The notes under the pieces are model-generated. The model had not been told where the DNA came from. It saw only the letters and a list, made by a program, of their open reading frames with translations, and made no database searches. From IMG/VR virus record IMGVR_UViG_3300038393_002601, positions 1-57,257 of that record: DNA of 57,257 bases. One strand, 5' to 3'. Of the stretch, positions 47,192 through 56,185 are shown piece after piece. The translations under genes and the position numbers were made by a program. Position 1 is the first letter of the stretch; the number at the start of each line of letters is the position of its first letter. The stretch comes from a virus (Duplodnaviria; Caudoviricetes).

Positions 47192-47231
47192 ATAAGCGGT
47201 TCATCATGTGGGTTCGGTATGAACCGCTTAT
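47192..47231. other. Perfect 13-bp hairpin
   Basis: ATAAGCGGTTCAT/ATGAACCGCTTAT. Confidence 0.6.
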
Positions 47232-47359
47232 GAATTCCATATTCCTAATAAATGTAACTAGGCAAAAAAATATGTACAAATTGGCTTTATTTTCATGTAC
47301 AATTTAAGTTAAGCAAGAATTCTACAAGCTTAAACAAGCTAAAACAATTCTTGCCAAAC

Positions 47360-47487
47360 GAAAAAGACGCTCTCACCGACCAAAGTTTAAGCGTCTCTTA
47401 CGTTTCCGTTCCTCAGGAGAAATTACTACCCGAGGACTTATTAAGTTAAGAAGCGACGGGCAAAGTCAGCTTCATTTCAAATTGTCT
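47360..47487 (-). ncRNA. Countertranscribed antisense RNA in the rep leader (copy-number control)
   Basis: Promoter TTGCGA(47522-47517)-N17-TACAAT(47499-47494); terminator AGACGCT/AGCGTCT + U tract at 47361-47396; two internal hairpins. Confidence 0.65.
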
Positions 47488-47613
47488 ACTTGTATTGTAC
47501 CTTATTCGAGTATATCTCGCAATATTGTATTTGTGTTTGAATTTGTCATTTTTACAATATTAGTAGACTGCGAATCGAGCTGATCTGTCCTCGCTACCAC
47601 AGGAGGAGAACAA

Positions 47614-48450
47614 GTGATAAAAGCATTAGCCAAAATCTATCAATCGTTCCAAGCGATTGCCGATATGGATCGGTCTGTTCGGCAATTCGTTCAATCTACC
47701 AAACTAGGAAAAACGATACTGGCCGTTCTGCAAGTCCTGGTTCGGCATTCTTGCAAAATAATCGGTGTATCGTGGCTGAAGGCCGAATCGATTGCCACGA
47801 TAATCGAGAAGTCGGATAAAACGGTTCGCCGTTCTTTGAGTAAGCTCGAAGACCTTGGCATCATCAAACGCATTCAAACCATAAAACCATCTGGTGGCCG
47901 TGGCGTCGATCTGTGCGTCATTCAACCGCTAGGAAGTGAAAATGTCCAAGCGTCCACTGAGAATGTCCAGTCGATAATTGAGAAAGTGTCTAGTCGTGTG
48001 GAAGCCGAAAGACCAGCAGTATCAACGGCTAATGATGCGAAAATTGAATCGGAAACTAGTATTTTTAAAGCTAAAAATATTAAAACTAGAAATATAAATA
48101 CATACGTAAGAAAAGACGCAAATTCTGTCCAATCGCTAGATGCTAGTTTTATCCCATCAAACGTACCTAATGAATTTGTGTCAACGGTTAAACCGTTCTA
48201 TCCATTTGCCAACACGATTTACAAACTATGGGGAACTGCACGAGCAGCTGCGTCTAAAATGGGTTTATTGGATGTTCCTCGGGATTTAGCGGTCGATGCG
48301 TTTAAGCAAGCGGTGTTTGCGTTTAAAGCGAAACGAGTGAAAACAAAAGATATCGGTGGCTACTTCTACGGAACCTTGGTCGGCATGATCGGAAATGCGT
48401 CTAAGATGGACAAGCCGTACCCTGAGTTTTACAACTGGTTGGAGGCGTAG
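47614..48450 (+). CDS. Plasmid replication initiator (HTH Rep)
   Basis: GVSWLK..SIA....KS.KTVRR.L..LE.LGII.R wHTH; GYFYG; FYNWLE terminus; RBS AGGAGG. Confidence 0.75.
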   Translation: MIKALAKIYQSFQAIADMDRSVRQFVQSTKLGKTILAVLQVLVRHSCKIIGVSWLKAESIATIIEKSDKTVRRSLSKLEDLGIIKRIQTIKPSGGRGVDLCVIQPLGSENVQASTENVQSIIEKVSSRVEAERPAVSTANDAKIESETSIFKAKNIKTRNINTYVRKDANSVQSLDASFIPSNVPNEFVSTVKPFYPFANTIYKLWGTARAAASKMGLLDVPRDLAVDAFKQAVFAFKAKRVKTKDIGGYFYGTLVGMIGNASKMDKPYPEFYNWLEA

Positions 48451-48689
48451 TGTGCTTTTGTGGCCGTGACCTACGTAGTGTTACGTTTATTGGGATGTGT
48501 CTTTCGTTCTGGGCGTTTTCTACGTGGAGTTACGTGAGGATACGTGATGGAACGATCCTTACGCGGTTTTTGGGTTACGCTTAGTAGCGATTGTACGCTT
48601 TGTACGTTATTGGCGTTTTTAAAATCTATGAAAATGATTGGCTTCTTTCAGTCTGTTCTTACTGACTGCTAAATAAACTTAAAACCCTG

Positions 48690-49125
48690 CCTTTGAATAA
48701 AAGACCCAAAACCTTCTTGTCTTTGTTTTGGTCTTGGAATTCCAAGGAGATCTTTTGTCTTTTGTTTCTGGTAGACTTTAAAACCTAAAAGATTGCTTTG
48801 TAATCAAGAACTAAAACCATAAAAGGTCTTTTGTTTTTGATATTCAAGGGAGATCTTTTGGTCTTTTCAATCTTTTAAACACGCTAGAACGCTTTAGACG
48901 TTAGTAACGTATATCGAAAAATCGTAGCAAAGAAGCATTTCATAACGTTATTTTACGTAGATGAAAAACAGGTCAGCAATTTCGTGCAAACCACTTCAAA
49001 GTCTTGTGCTACAAGGCTTTAAGAGTGGTCAGCAAATTTGTGCATCCTCTATATATATTTATATATATATTTATAAATAATTAATTAATTATTAAATAAC
49101 TGGGGGTGGAACGAAATTGCGTACC
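48690..49125. other. Candidate plasmid origin: iteron-like repeats + AT-rich unwinding element
   Basis: GGAGATCTTTTG(G)TCTTTT x2 plus degenerate copies; GGTCAGCAA.TT.GTGCA x2 (48971, 49027); pure A/T run ~49049-49099. Confidence 0.55.
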
Positions 49126-49493
49126 CCTAGATTTCTTGAAAAAATTTCTGAAATTTTTTTAGCGAATGAAGTACGGATTAAAAGAGACGATGTGCAAAGG
49201 GGGGCGGCCTGGGGTCGACATTGGTGATTTTGGCGTGAATGTGCGTCTGACACTTAGCGTATCAAATTTCAACGGTGGGCCATCTCTTGCGAAGGGGTGG
49301 CTAGGGGTACTCATTATCCAGCCAACATTGCTTTGAATTCCAATCAGATTGTTCCTACGATCACCTGGATATCTAACCCATTGATATCTTGTTGTTTTCT
49401 TTGTTTGTTTTGATTGTTCATTTTTGTTTTCTGTTCTTTGGTAGGCATATCCCCCCCTCTACCCCCTACCCCTCATATGAGCTTAAAGAATGC

Positions 49494-49635
49494 ATGTCCC
49501 AAAAACGAACGTATTCTGTATATCCCGTTTGGAACATAAAAAAGTGCCACCAATCCACATGAAGATTGTCCTAAAAACGTGTCCTAAAAATATTTTGTCC
49601 TTTTTGTTGACTTGAAACGTTTTTGGGATATAGTA
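49494..49635. promoter_or_regulatory. res site of the serine resolvase
   Basis: TGTCCYAAAAA x3 with inverted partners (TTTGGAACA, TTTTGGGATA) overlapping the resolvase promoter region. Confidence 0.65.
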
Positions 49636-49670
49636 AGGATGTACAGGTAATTTTTAGGAGGTGTATAGAT

Positions 49671-50240
49671 ATGTTTTTAGGATATGCAAGGGTTTCAACG
49701 AAAGATCAACACTTGGAAATGCAAATAGACGCACTGGTTAAAGCTGGCGTTGATTCACGAAACATTTTTATGGAGAAGGCATCTGGCAAAAACACCGAAC
49801 GCCCCGAGCTTAAAAAGCTCCTTGACTATGCAAAAGAAGGAGATACTATCGTTGTTTTTAAATTAGATCGTATCTCCCGTTCGGTTAAAGATATGTTGGA
49901 ACTTATGACGGAATTTGAAAAGCGTGGAATTCATTTTATTTCGATTCAAGATAGTATTGATACATCCAACGCCATGGGACGATTCTTCTTTAAAGTTATC
50001 GCCAGTATCGCAGAACTCGAAAGGGAAATCATTGTCGAACGTACCATGTCAGGGTTGGAAGCTGCAAAAGCTCGCGGAAATTTCGGAGGACGTCCAAAAA
50101 CAGACAACACGAAACTTGAAATGGCTTATGAACAATACACAAGTGGTAAATACACCGTCAAGGAGATCTGCAACAGTTTAAACTTAACACGATCGGTTTT
50201 CTACCGCTACGTCGACGAGCGAAAAGCATCCGCCAACTAA
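49671..50240 (+). CDS. Small serine resolvase (multimer resolution)
   Basis: GYARVST..Q, SG....RP.L, GD..VV.KLDR..RS, ERT..GL..A..RG..GGRP, C-terminal HTH. Confidence 0.95.
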   Translation: MFLGYARVSTKDQHLEMQIDALVKAGVDSRNIFMEKASGKNTERPELKKLLDYAKEGDTIVVFKLDRISRSVKDMLELMTEFEKRGIHFISIQDSIDTSNAMGRFFFKVIASIAELEREIIVERTMSGLEAAKARGNFGGRPKTDNTKLEMAYEQYTSGKYTVKEICNSLNLTRSVFYRYVDERKASAN

Positions 50241-50785
50241 GATGGCAGGGTGCTTTTTTATGCGTTTTTCGGGCCGAATTGTCACACGCTTGCATTACCC
50301 CCCCTATATTTGGGCGTTTATTAAACGCGTGCGAGGAACTCATGGCGTTTATCCCGTTTTTGGACGCTGCTGGTCGCCTCGGCCGCCTGCTACGTATCCA
50401 AATGTATATCACGTATCCCCACGTATCTCTCCGCAGAAAAACATTATGTAGCGAATCCTACAACGTACTACCCCCGTATCTTCATTTTTTTACGCCATTT
50501 TCTTACGTTTATCTGTTCGGGAATATAACGAATGGGAAACGGTACAAAAGATGCGTTATTCCTGCGTTTTCGACGTCATTTCACCACGTCAAACACAAGC
50601 CAAATTGGAATCGATCATCTGTGTCAGAATGGACGAAATTTAAACGAGTGTTTAAACGAGAAATGAATCGTCTTCACAAGTGAAACACTGGCGATAAAAA
50701 ATCAAATTCGCTAACATGTTTAAATATTTTTGTTGCAATTTACAAAATATGGATTATTTTGAGAGAGACAAGGAAGGTGATAATT

Positions 50786-51036
50786 ATGTTTGGTAAGAAA
50801 CAAACTGTAGATCCTGTTCCCGTTTATACGGTTCATACTATACCCAGAAAATATCAAATAATTGGTTCTGTGGCTGTAAAATGGGGAGGTTTTAAAGAAT
50901 TAGAGATATCGAGGTTTTCGAAAAATTAGGTTTAAAAGGTGCTGAAATGAGTGCGGATGCAGTTATTGGCCTGTTTGTGGTTGTGACGAATGTATCTACT
51001 ACTGCTTTTGGCACTGCGATAAAGTATGTGGTTTGA
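50786..51036 (+). pseudogene. Frameshifted YbjQ-like protein
   Basis: Frame 1 MFGKK...YQIIG stops at 50927; shifted frame encodes ADAVIG...FGTAIK. Confidence 0.6.
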
Positions 51037-51053
51037 CTAGGATGTGATTTTCA

Positions 51054-51374
51054 ATGATACAAGATATCCAAATTGTTCATGAAGATGAAATGGATTGGAA
51101 AGGTGAGGTGTTCGGTTTTATCATTCAGTACCGGTATCGAGAAAATATGTATGTTTCTTACTACTATCGAGCCACCCATCCGATTGATTTGAAAGCTGCT
51201 GAAAAAGAATGCTACACTGATCGAAGCTTCATCCGATTTACATTCAAAACGTTTGATGGAGGTTATGGAGCTCCATCACGGCTACATAATAAAACAAAAG
51301 AAATGATTCTCAAGGAATTAGATGCATTCGTTGAAAGTCATTCGAAATATCGATTGTTGTTTTTGTTTAATTAG
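51054..51374 (+). CDS. RL-tail family protein (HSKYRL subfamily)
   Basis: Ends FVESHSKYRLLFLFN. Confidence 0.75.
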   Translation: MIQDIQIVHEDEMDWKGEVFGFIIQYRYRENMYVSYYYRATHPIDLKAAEKECYTDRSFIRFTFKTFDGGYGAPSRLHNKTKEMILKELDAFVESHSKYRLLFLFN

Positions 51375-51385
51375 GAGGGATCTTA

Positions 51386-51616
51386 ATGAGTAAAACCTAT
51401 GAACAAATCTTAGGGTTTGATCAATTAACTATAGACCAGCAGGAATTGTTCCAGCGGGTGCATCAAAAGCATCTGCAGGCATTGGGGACCGAGGCAAGAA
51501 AATTTTATACCATTGATCAGATACGTGAAGTGAGATGGGATCATGAAGATGAAACTGTTAATGTTTATTTTGAAGATGATTGGTGGCATTACACAGACGA
51601 TGAAAAATGGTATTAA
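51386..51616 (+). CDS. Hypothetical protein
   Basis: RBS AGGAGG; WWHY..WY C-terminus. Confidence 0.7.
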   Translation: MSKTYEQILGFDQLTIDQQELFQRVHQKHLQALGTEARKFYTIDQIREVRWDHEDETVNVYFEDDWWHYTDDEKWY

Positions 51617-51935
51617 TTTGAGGTAATAAGCCGAATAATTGGTTTCATGTTGGACATACTAAAAAGGCACACAAGAAACCAACCTGTTTGCGGCGATTTC
51701 TTGAGGATTTACGCTAGTTTCACAAGTAGAAAATATTCCGTGTTCATCAACACGGAATATTTTCTTTTTTCACTGGAAATATTACTAATGAGTCGTAGAA
51801 TTTCGCTTAAAGTTGTGAAAAAGATTCCGTATTCAAAAATACGGAATCTTTTTTCACTAATACTGTTCAGTGTTATGTATGATTATTACTGAATATGGAA
51901 ATATTAGTAATGCAGACTTATTTAGGAGGACCTCT

Positions 51936-52217
51936 ATGATCTCAGACATGCAACTTTATTGTGAAGAAGAACTGGACGAGTGTTTTTTCTTTCAAGTCGA
52001 ATTCACCTACTCCAAAAAGCGATACGTGACTCATTTAGTTCATTACTTTAGTAGGTCCCACCGACCAAATGAAACGGCTCTAATGAGTACGTACAACCAC
52101 ATGGGAACTGAAGTGACGTTTCCGATTGAATTGGAAAAACAAATGATTACTGAGCTGATGGAGTATGTTAAGCAACACTCGAAATATCGTTTGTTGTTTT
52201 TAATGGACGTGGTGTAG
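51936..52217 (+). CDS. RL-tail family protein (HSKYRL subfamily)
   Basis: RBS AGGAGG; ends YVKQHSKYRLLFLMDVV. Confidence 0.78.
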   Translation: MISDMQLYCEEELDECFFFQVEFTYSKKRYVTHLVHYFSRSHRPNETALMSTYNHMGTEVTFPIELEKQMITELMEYVKQHSKYRLLFLMDVV

Positions 52218-52219
52218 CC

Positions 52220-52501
52220 ATGATTTCGAACATCAACATCATCAGTCATGAAGAACATGAACCCTGCTTCTTAATCGAGATGGAGTTTAGGTATCGAACG
52301 CGAATGTATACTACGTTTTTGGTGCGTTACTTCAGCTACTCGCACCGACCAGACGAAACGTTCATCACGGGCGTGTTTAACGCTTCTGGCATAGAAGTTC
52401 GATTCTCAGACGCTAACCAGAAACGTATTGCCGATGAGCTGCTGAATTACATCAAGCAACATCCGAATTTTCGTTTGTTGTTTTTATTGGATGCGATCTA
52501 A
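52220..52501 (+). CDS. RL-tail family protein, tandem paralog of 51936
   Basis: YFS.SHRP.ET shared; ends YIKQHPNFRLLFLLDAI. Confidence 0.78.
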   Translation: MISNINIISHEEHEPCFLIEMEFRYRTRMYTTFLVRYFSYSHRPDETFITGVFNASGIEVRFSDANQKRIADELLNYIKQHPNFRLLFLLDAI

Positions 52502-52566
52502 CGAGATTTCCGCTAAAAGTGAAGTCTCGTTTTTGTTTTCTTCTTACGCTACGATGAATTCAGGAG

Positions 52567-52836
52567 TTGATATGCGTGATAGATGCGGAGAAGCATGATT
52601 TTGATCTGGTGAAATGGCACTGGAACGATGGCGGGCGTGAGGCGGTCTTTACGTTAACAGACAAGGTGGGACGTAGGTGCATGTTTACCATGCTGGTAGA
52701 CGAGGAGATTGAGTATGCATCAGGGGTGGAAATTACCGAAGACGGCCGTATTGGTGAGTACGATCAAGCGTTTTTGGATGAGTTGGCGGAGCGGGCATTA
52801 AAGCAGTGGCGTACATATTTACTGATACATAAGTAA
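52567..52836 (+). CDS. Small protein, possible RL-tail family member
   Basis: Ends ALKQWRTYLLIHK; flanked by two related terminators starting AACGAGATTTCCG. Confidence 0.65.
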   Translation: MICVIDAEKHDFDLVKWHWNDGGREAVFTLTDKVGRRCMFTMLVDEEIEYASGVEITEDGRIGEYDQAFLDELAERALKQWRTYLLIHK

Positions 52837-53013
52837 GCAAAATAAACGAGATTTCCGTAAGGGGATCTCGTTGGTGTTATTGCATCTATGTGAAACCCAT
52901 AGCGGGCGATATACTAGTCTATGCAGCTGCAACGTAATTTAGAACCTAGCGAAGCGGAAAAATGCGAGACGCGAGGATCCCTAGTAAAAAGCAAACGATA
53001 TACATCATCATCC

Positions 53014-53223
53014 TTACAGCCCCTTAAAAATATCTGAAAGACGGATTTTTCGGTTTTCTTGGATCGCTTTAAGATTATCCAGGAACTCATGTAGCGTTAG
53101 CTCAATGCAAAATAAAGGACATTGCTCCTGAAGGCAGGTATCCATTTTCGTGTAGAATACACATTGCTCCATGCAAAATTGGTCAATTTCGTGTTGAATC
53201 TGGAGTAACCCCATCGCCTGCAT
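53014..53223 (-). CDS. Small Cys-containing hypothetical protein
   Basis: C...C......C....CPL; RBS GGAGG. Confidence 0.6.
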   Translation of the reverse strand: MQAMGLLQIQHEIDQFCMEQCVFYTKMDTCLQEQCPLFCIELTLHEFLDNLKAIQENRKIRLSDIFKGL

Positions 53224-53494
53224 CCTCCGTCACTAATCTTTGCATCATATAGCTTTTCGCTTCTGAGAAACATGTAAACATTCTCACGCGGCGTCCTGGC
53301 TCGAGGACAAAAAATTCCATGTCGGCCAGATTCAATTTCATTTCCAATTGCCTTGTTGCATTCCAGATCCTGAAATGGAACTTATGAATTTTCTCCAGGT
53401 GGGCCCCTAGTTCATTGCAGCTTTTCTGAAAGAAACCAATCTTGGAGGCATATAAGGTTTGGTTGAATTTGCTGATGTCTTTTAACTTTTTCAT
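53183..53494 (-). CDS. Hypothetical protein
   Basis: 103 aa, overlaps the next gene. Confidence 0.55.
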   Translation of the reverse strand: MKKLKDISKFNQTLYASKIGFFQKSCNELGAHLEKIHKFHFRIWNATRQLEMKLNLADMEFFVLEPGRRVRMFTCFSEAKSYMMQRLVTEDAGDGVTPDSTRN

Positions 53495-53552
53495 AATATT
53501 TTTCCCATTTTTGAATAAATTGTGGTATTATTTTCAAAATTACTGTTCAGTA

Positions 53553-53819
53553 TTAAGGTTCAGTATTGTTTAAGTCTAAATTGGTTATAATGTCTAAACG
53601 ATTCGTGAATATCCACATTTTTAAATCATCAAGAAATATTTTTGTTGCGTCTTCGAATTCGTAGTCAACGTACAACACGTGCGTGCATTCAAAACGTTCA
53701 TTTAGCAGCAATCCCCATTCGAAATCGATACGGAGAAAGCGGTTTACTCCGTAGGAATTGCCGCGAATGAATGTCGTTTGAGGATTTAGTTCTTTAATGT
53801 TTGTGATGATATGATTCAT
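53553..53819 (-). CDS. RL-tail family protein (subfamily B-like)
   Basis: RBS AAAGGGG, ATG 53819; WIFTNRLDIIT. Confidence 0.65.
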   Translation of the reverse strand: MNHIITNIKELNPQTTFIRGNSYGVNRFLRIDFEWGLLLNERFECTHVLYVDYEFEDATKIFLDDLKMWIFTNRLDIITNLDLNNTEP

Positions 53820-53851
53820 TTGATTCCCCTTTCGAATTGGAGGTGATGGGT

Positions 53852-54367
53852 ATGCCATTAGTTGTATTTGAAACACGAGTGACACTGGAATATGATTATG
53901 CTTCCCGTTGGTACGCTGGTTGCGTGGATTCCAACGGTATGATTCGTTTGAAGAAATACGCGAAGAATGGAAAGGAAACGGTGGGCCTGCGAAATACACG
54001 CAAGCAGATGCCAGCCGAAGAATTCTACGAGCTGCTCGAGACGGGTAAATTGCGAATTATCGAATCGCTTCACGAGCCAACGTCCATTCAACGTGCTTTT
54101 GACGATCCGCACATTGAGTATGCGTGGCTGCACGAGTATGGCGACTCTACCAGGGATGCGTTCTATGGGGAATCCCCTTACTATGAGCTGCTCGTTAAAC
54201 TGAAGGATGTGGATCCCGTGTTCAAGGTTGCCATTGTAAATGAAACGATTCTCTATGTGGCTACTGAACGGTTTGAAGTTTGGGACATGACTGATCAGCA
54301 AAAATCGAAATTGTATGATGCGGTTCATACCTACAAACCGTTACAACTAGAACTCTTACTTTATTAA
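53852..54367 (+). CDS. Hypothetical protein with RL-tail-like C-terminus
   Basis: RBS GGAGGTG; ends VHTYKPLQLELLLY. Confidence 0.7.
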   Translation: MPLVVFETRVTLEYDYASRWYAGCVDSNGMIRLKKYAKNGKETVGLRNTRKQMPAEEFYELLETGKLRIIESLHEPTSIQRAFDDPHIEYAWLHEYGDSTRDAFYGESPYYELLVKLKDVDPVFKVAIVNETILYVATERFEVWDMTDQQKSKLYDAVHTYKPLQLELLLY

Positions 54368-54538
54368 ACGTATTTAAGTTCAATAAATATGAACAGTAAC
54401 ATGTAATACTGAACATGATTACTAGTCCGAAACAATATTAGTGTGTCCAGAAACTGAGATATTCATACGGCAGTTGGTTTGAAGTGTTTTGTAGTGTACA
54501 ATAAAAAAAGCATATTGGGCGGTAGCAGGAGGTTTACT

Positions 54539-55306
54539 ATGAAAATCACACATGATGGTGAAAAAATATGGTTCAATTCAGAAAATGATTACAGGTTGGC
54601 TTATACGGATTATGAGGAAAAGCTGTGGGAGAAGATTCAATCGACATCATGGCATGTCAAACGTAATAAAAAGAAGGACGATAAAGAGAAAACCTATATT
54701 AATTCCAGTAAACTAGGGCTTTTACACCGCGTAGTGATGGCTCATTGGTACGGAGAAGAAGAATTAAAGAAAGCCACGGCTATGAAGTACGTTGTGGATC
54801 ACATGGATAATGATGGGTTTAATTGCAGTTTGGAGAATTTATGCTTTATCCCGAAGGATAGAAATACGGCTAAGGGACTTACGTATGATAAAAAACGAGC
54901 AGAGGTGACTGATGTTATCGCCTTAAACATATTCAAAGATTTTAAAACCCAATTATTCCAAATCACCATTGGGTTTAATATACCTACCGCCTATAAAGTG
55001 AATGATCAACTTGTGGTTGTCTCAGATTTGAAATTGCTTTATGAAAATGATTTTGATCGGACATTTTTTGATGCGGAAAGAATCTTACATGATTTCACTA
55101 AATACAACGTTTTTGACACCAATAAACTGAATCATATTAAACTGGAATATACCCCAGCCATACCTGCTTTTGTATCTCCAGAAGAAGCGGATGCTCCTTT
55201 TATCATTAGGGATGGAAAAGTTTTATTAAACTTAGATAGTGAACAGGCTAGGCTGGATAAAGTGGCTCCGAATAAAGAGCTGTATAAAAATAACCACAAG
55301 GAATGA
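54539..55306 (+). CDS. HNH endonuclease-domain protein
   Basis: LHRVVM...VVDHMDNDGFNCSLENL.....N. Confidence 0.8.
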   Translation: MKITHDGEKIWFNSENDYRLAYTDYEEKLWEKIQSTSWHVKRNKKKDDKEKTYINSSKLGLLHRVVMAHWYGEEELKKATAMKYVVDHMDNDGFNCSLENLCFIPKDRNTAKGLTYDKKRAEVTDVIALNIFKDFKTQLFQITIGFNIPTAYKVNDQLVVVSDLKLLYENDFDRTFFDAERILHDFTKYNVFDTNKLNHIKLEYTPAIPAFVSPEEADAPFIIRDGKVLLNLDSEQARLDKVAPNKELYKNNHKE

Positions 55307-55310
55307 AATA

Positions 55311-55331
55311 AAAACCGGGGCCACCGGTTTT
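55311..55331. terminator. Bidirectional terminator
   Basis: AAAACCGG/CCGGTTTT between convergent genes. Confidence 0.65.
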
Positions 55332-56110
55332 TATTTTACAGCTTGTTTAAAGGTTTCCAAAATCACTTGTTTAACGATGATTTCAAATTCTTTAATATGG
55401 GTTTTCATTTGATCTATTACCTGTTCAATGGGTGTTTCGTCGTTTGTATGTCCCACTTCATTACGCAATGTAGTATAGATGGTTCTTTTAACGATTTCAG
55501 CTGTATGATCTCTGTTGATTTGTTTCCTTTCCGCCATCAGGGTCTTTGGTTCCATTTTTAAGATGTAGGTATCGATTTTCTTTTGGTTTCCAATGATGAG
55601 TTCTAGAATGCTGTAAAGGAACATGAAACGGGCAAAGGGTTCTACAACCCCAAGTGCGGCTTTATAAAGCCTGAAATATTCGTTTGTATGTAATTGATCT
55701 ACGAGTGATTTTTGTTTTAATCCCGATTCTATAATCGATTGATAGTCTTGTCCTAAGCTTCCTTTGAGTTGAATATACAGGTCCCTTTGTCCTCTTAGAA
55801 ATACCGTATGGCGTTCTCCGTTGTGAAATTCATGAAAGGTTGGTTCACCATGAACGACCAATAATTCAAAGGTTAACATATTCAATATATCCATCAAAGG
55901 TTGCGATACCATTTTTTTCGCTTCATCTTGTGAGAGTGGATTTCTAAATCGAAAGGCAATTAATAGCCTGGTAAGCTCCTTTTTTTCACCGTGATTCTCA
56001 AACTTTAGATGAATCGAGTCGATACCTTCGTACTCATGGGAAAGAGTAAATTCTTTTGTTTGGTAATTCGTATTTCGTACATCCACTTTATAGCTAATGA
56101 ATGGTTGCAT
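55331..56110 (-). CDS. HEPN-domain protein (MauJ/ApeA-like), predicted defence RNase
   Basis: RFMFLYSILE and R-x4-H (RNEVGH). Confidence 0.7.
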   Translation of the reverse strand: MQPFISYKVDVRNTNYQTKEFTLSHEYEGIDSIHLKFENHGEKKELTRLLIAFRFRNPLSQDEAKKMVSQPLMDILNMLTFELLVVHGEPTFHEFHNGERHTVFLRGQRDLYIQLKGSLGQDYQSIIESGLKQKSLVDQLHTNEYFRLYKAALGVVEPFARFMFLYSILELIIGNQKKIDTYILKMEPKTLMAERKQINRDHTAEIVKRTIYTTLRNEVGHTNDETPIEQVIDQMKTHIKEFEIIVKQVILETFKQAVK

Positions 56111-56185
56111 CCTCTCACCTCCACTAAGAAAATAGTATCAAATGGATAGAAAATAAAAAACCGTCTGTTGGACGGTTTTATCACG

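Noticed and set aside
47450-47474. c-di-GMP-I riboswitch suggested by GGCAAA
   Set aside because: Lacks the GNRA-tetraloop second hairpin and receptor; better explained as part of the rep leader/ctRNA
49671-50240. Serine integrase or tail-fibre invertase
   Set aside because: Only 189 aa with no recombinase/zinc domain; has a multi-subsite res region and no invertible fibre cassette nearby
50242-50683. ORFs 50242-50451 and 50279-50683
   Set aside because: No RBS, atypical composition, lie in a repeat-rich tract after the resolvase terminator
51647-51892. 81-aa ORF
   Set aside because: Overlaps promoter-like and ACTGAAYA repeat DNA; poor RBS spacing and no motifs
9410-54367. Diversity-generating retroelement behind the paralog family
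   Set aside because: No reverse transcriptase and no template/variable repeat pair with adenine-specific differences seen
227-54416. CRISPR array or integron attC cassettes explaining the repeats
   Set aside because: Repeats are short, degenerate and irregularly spaced; no cas or integron integrase genes
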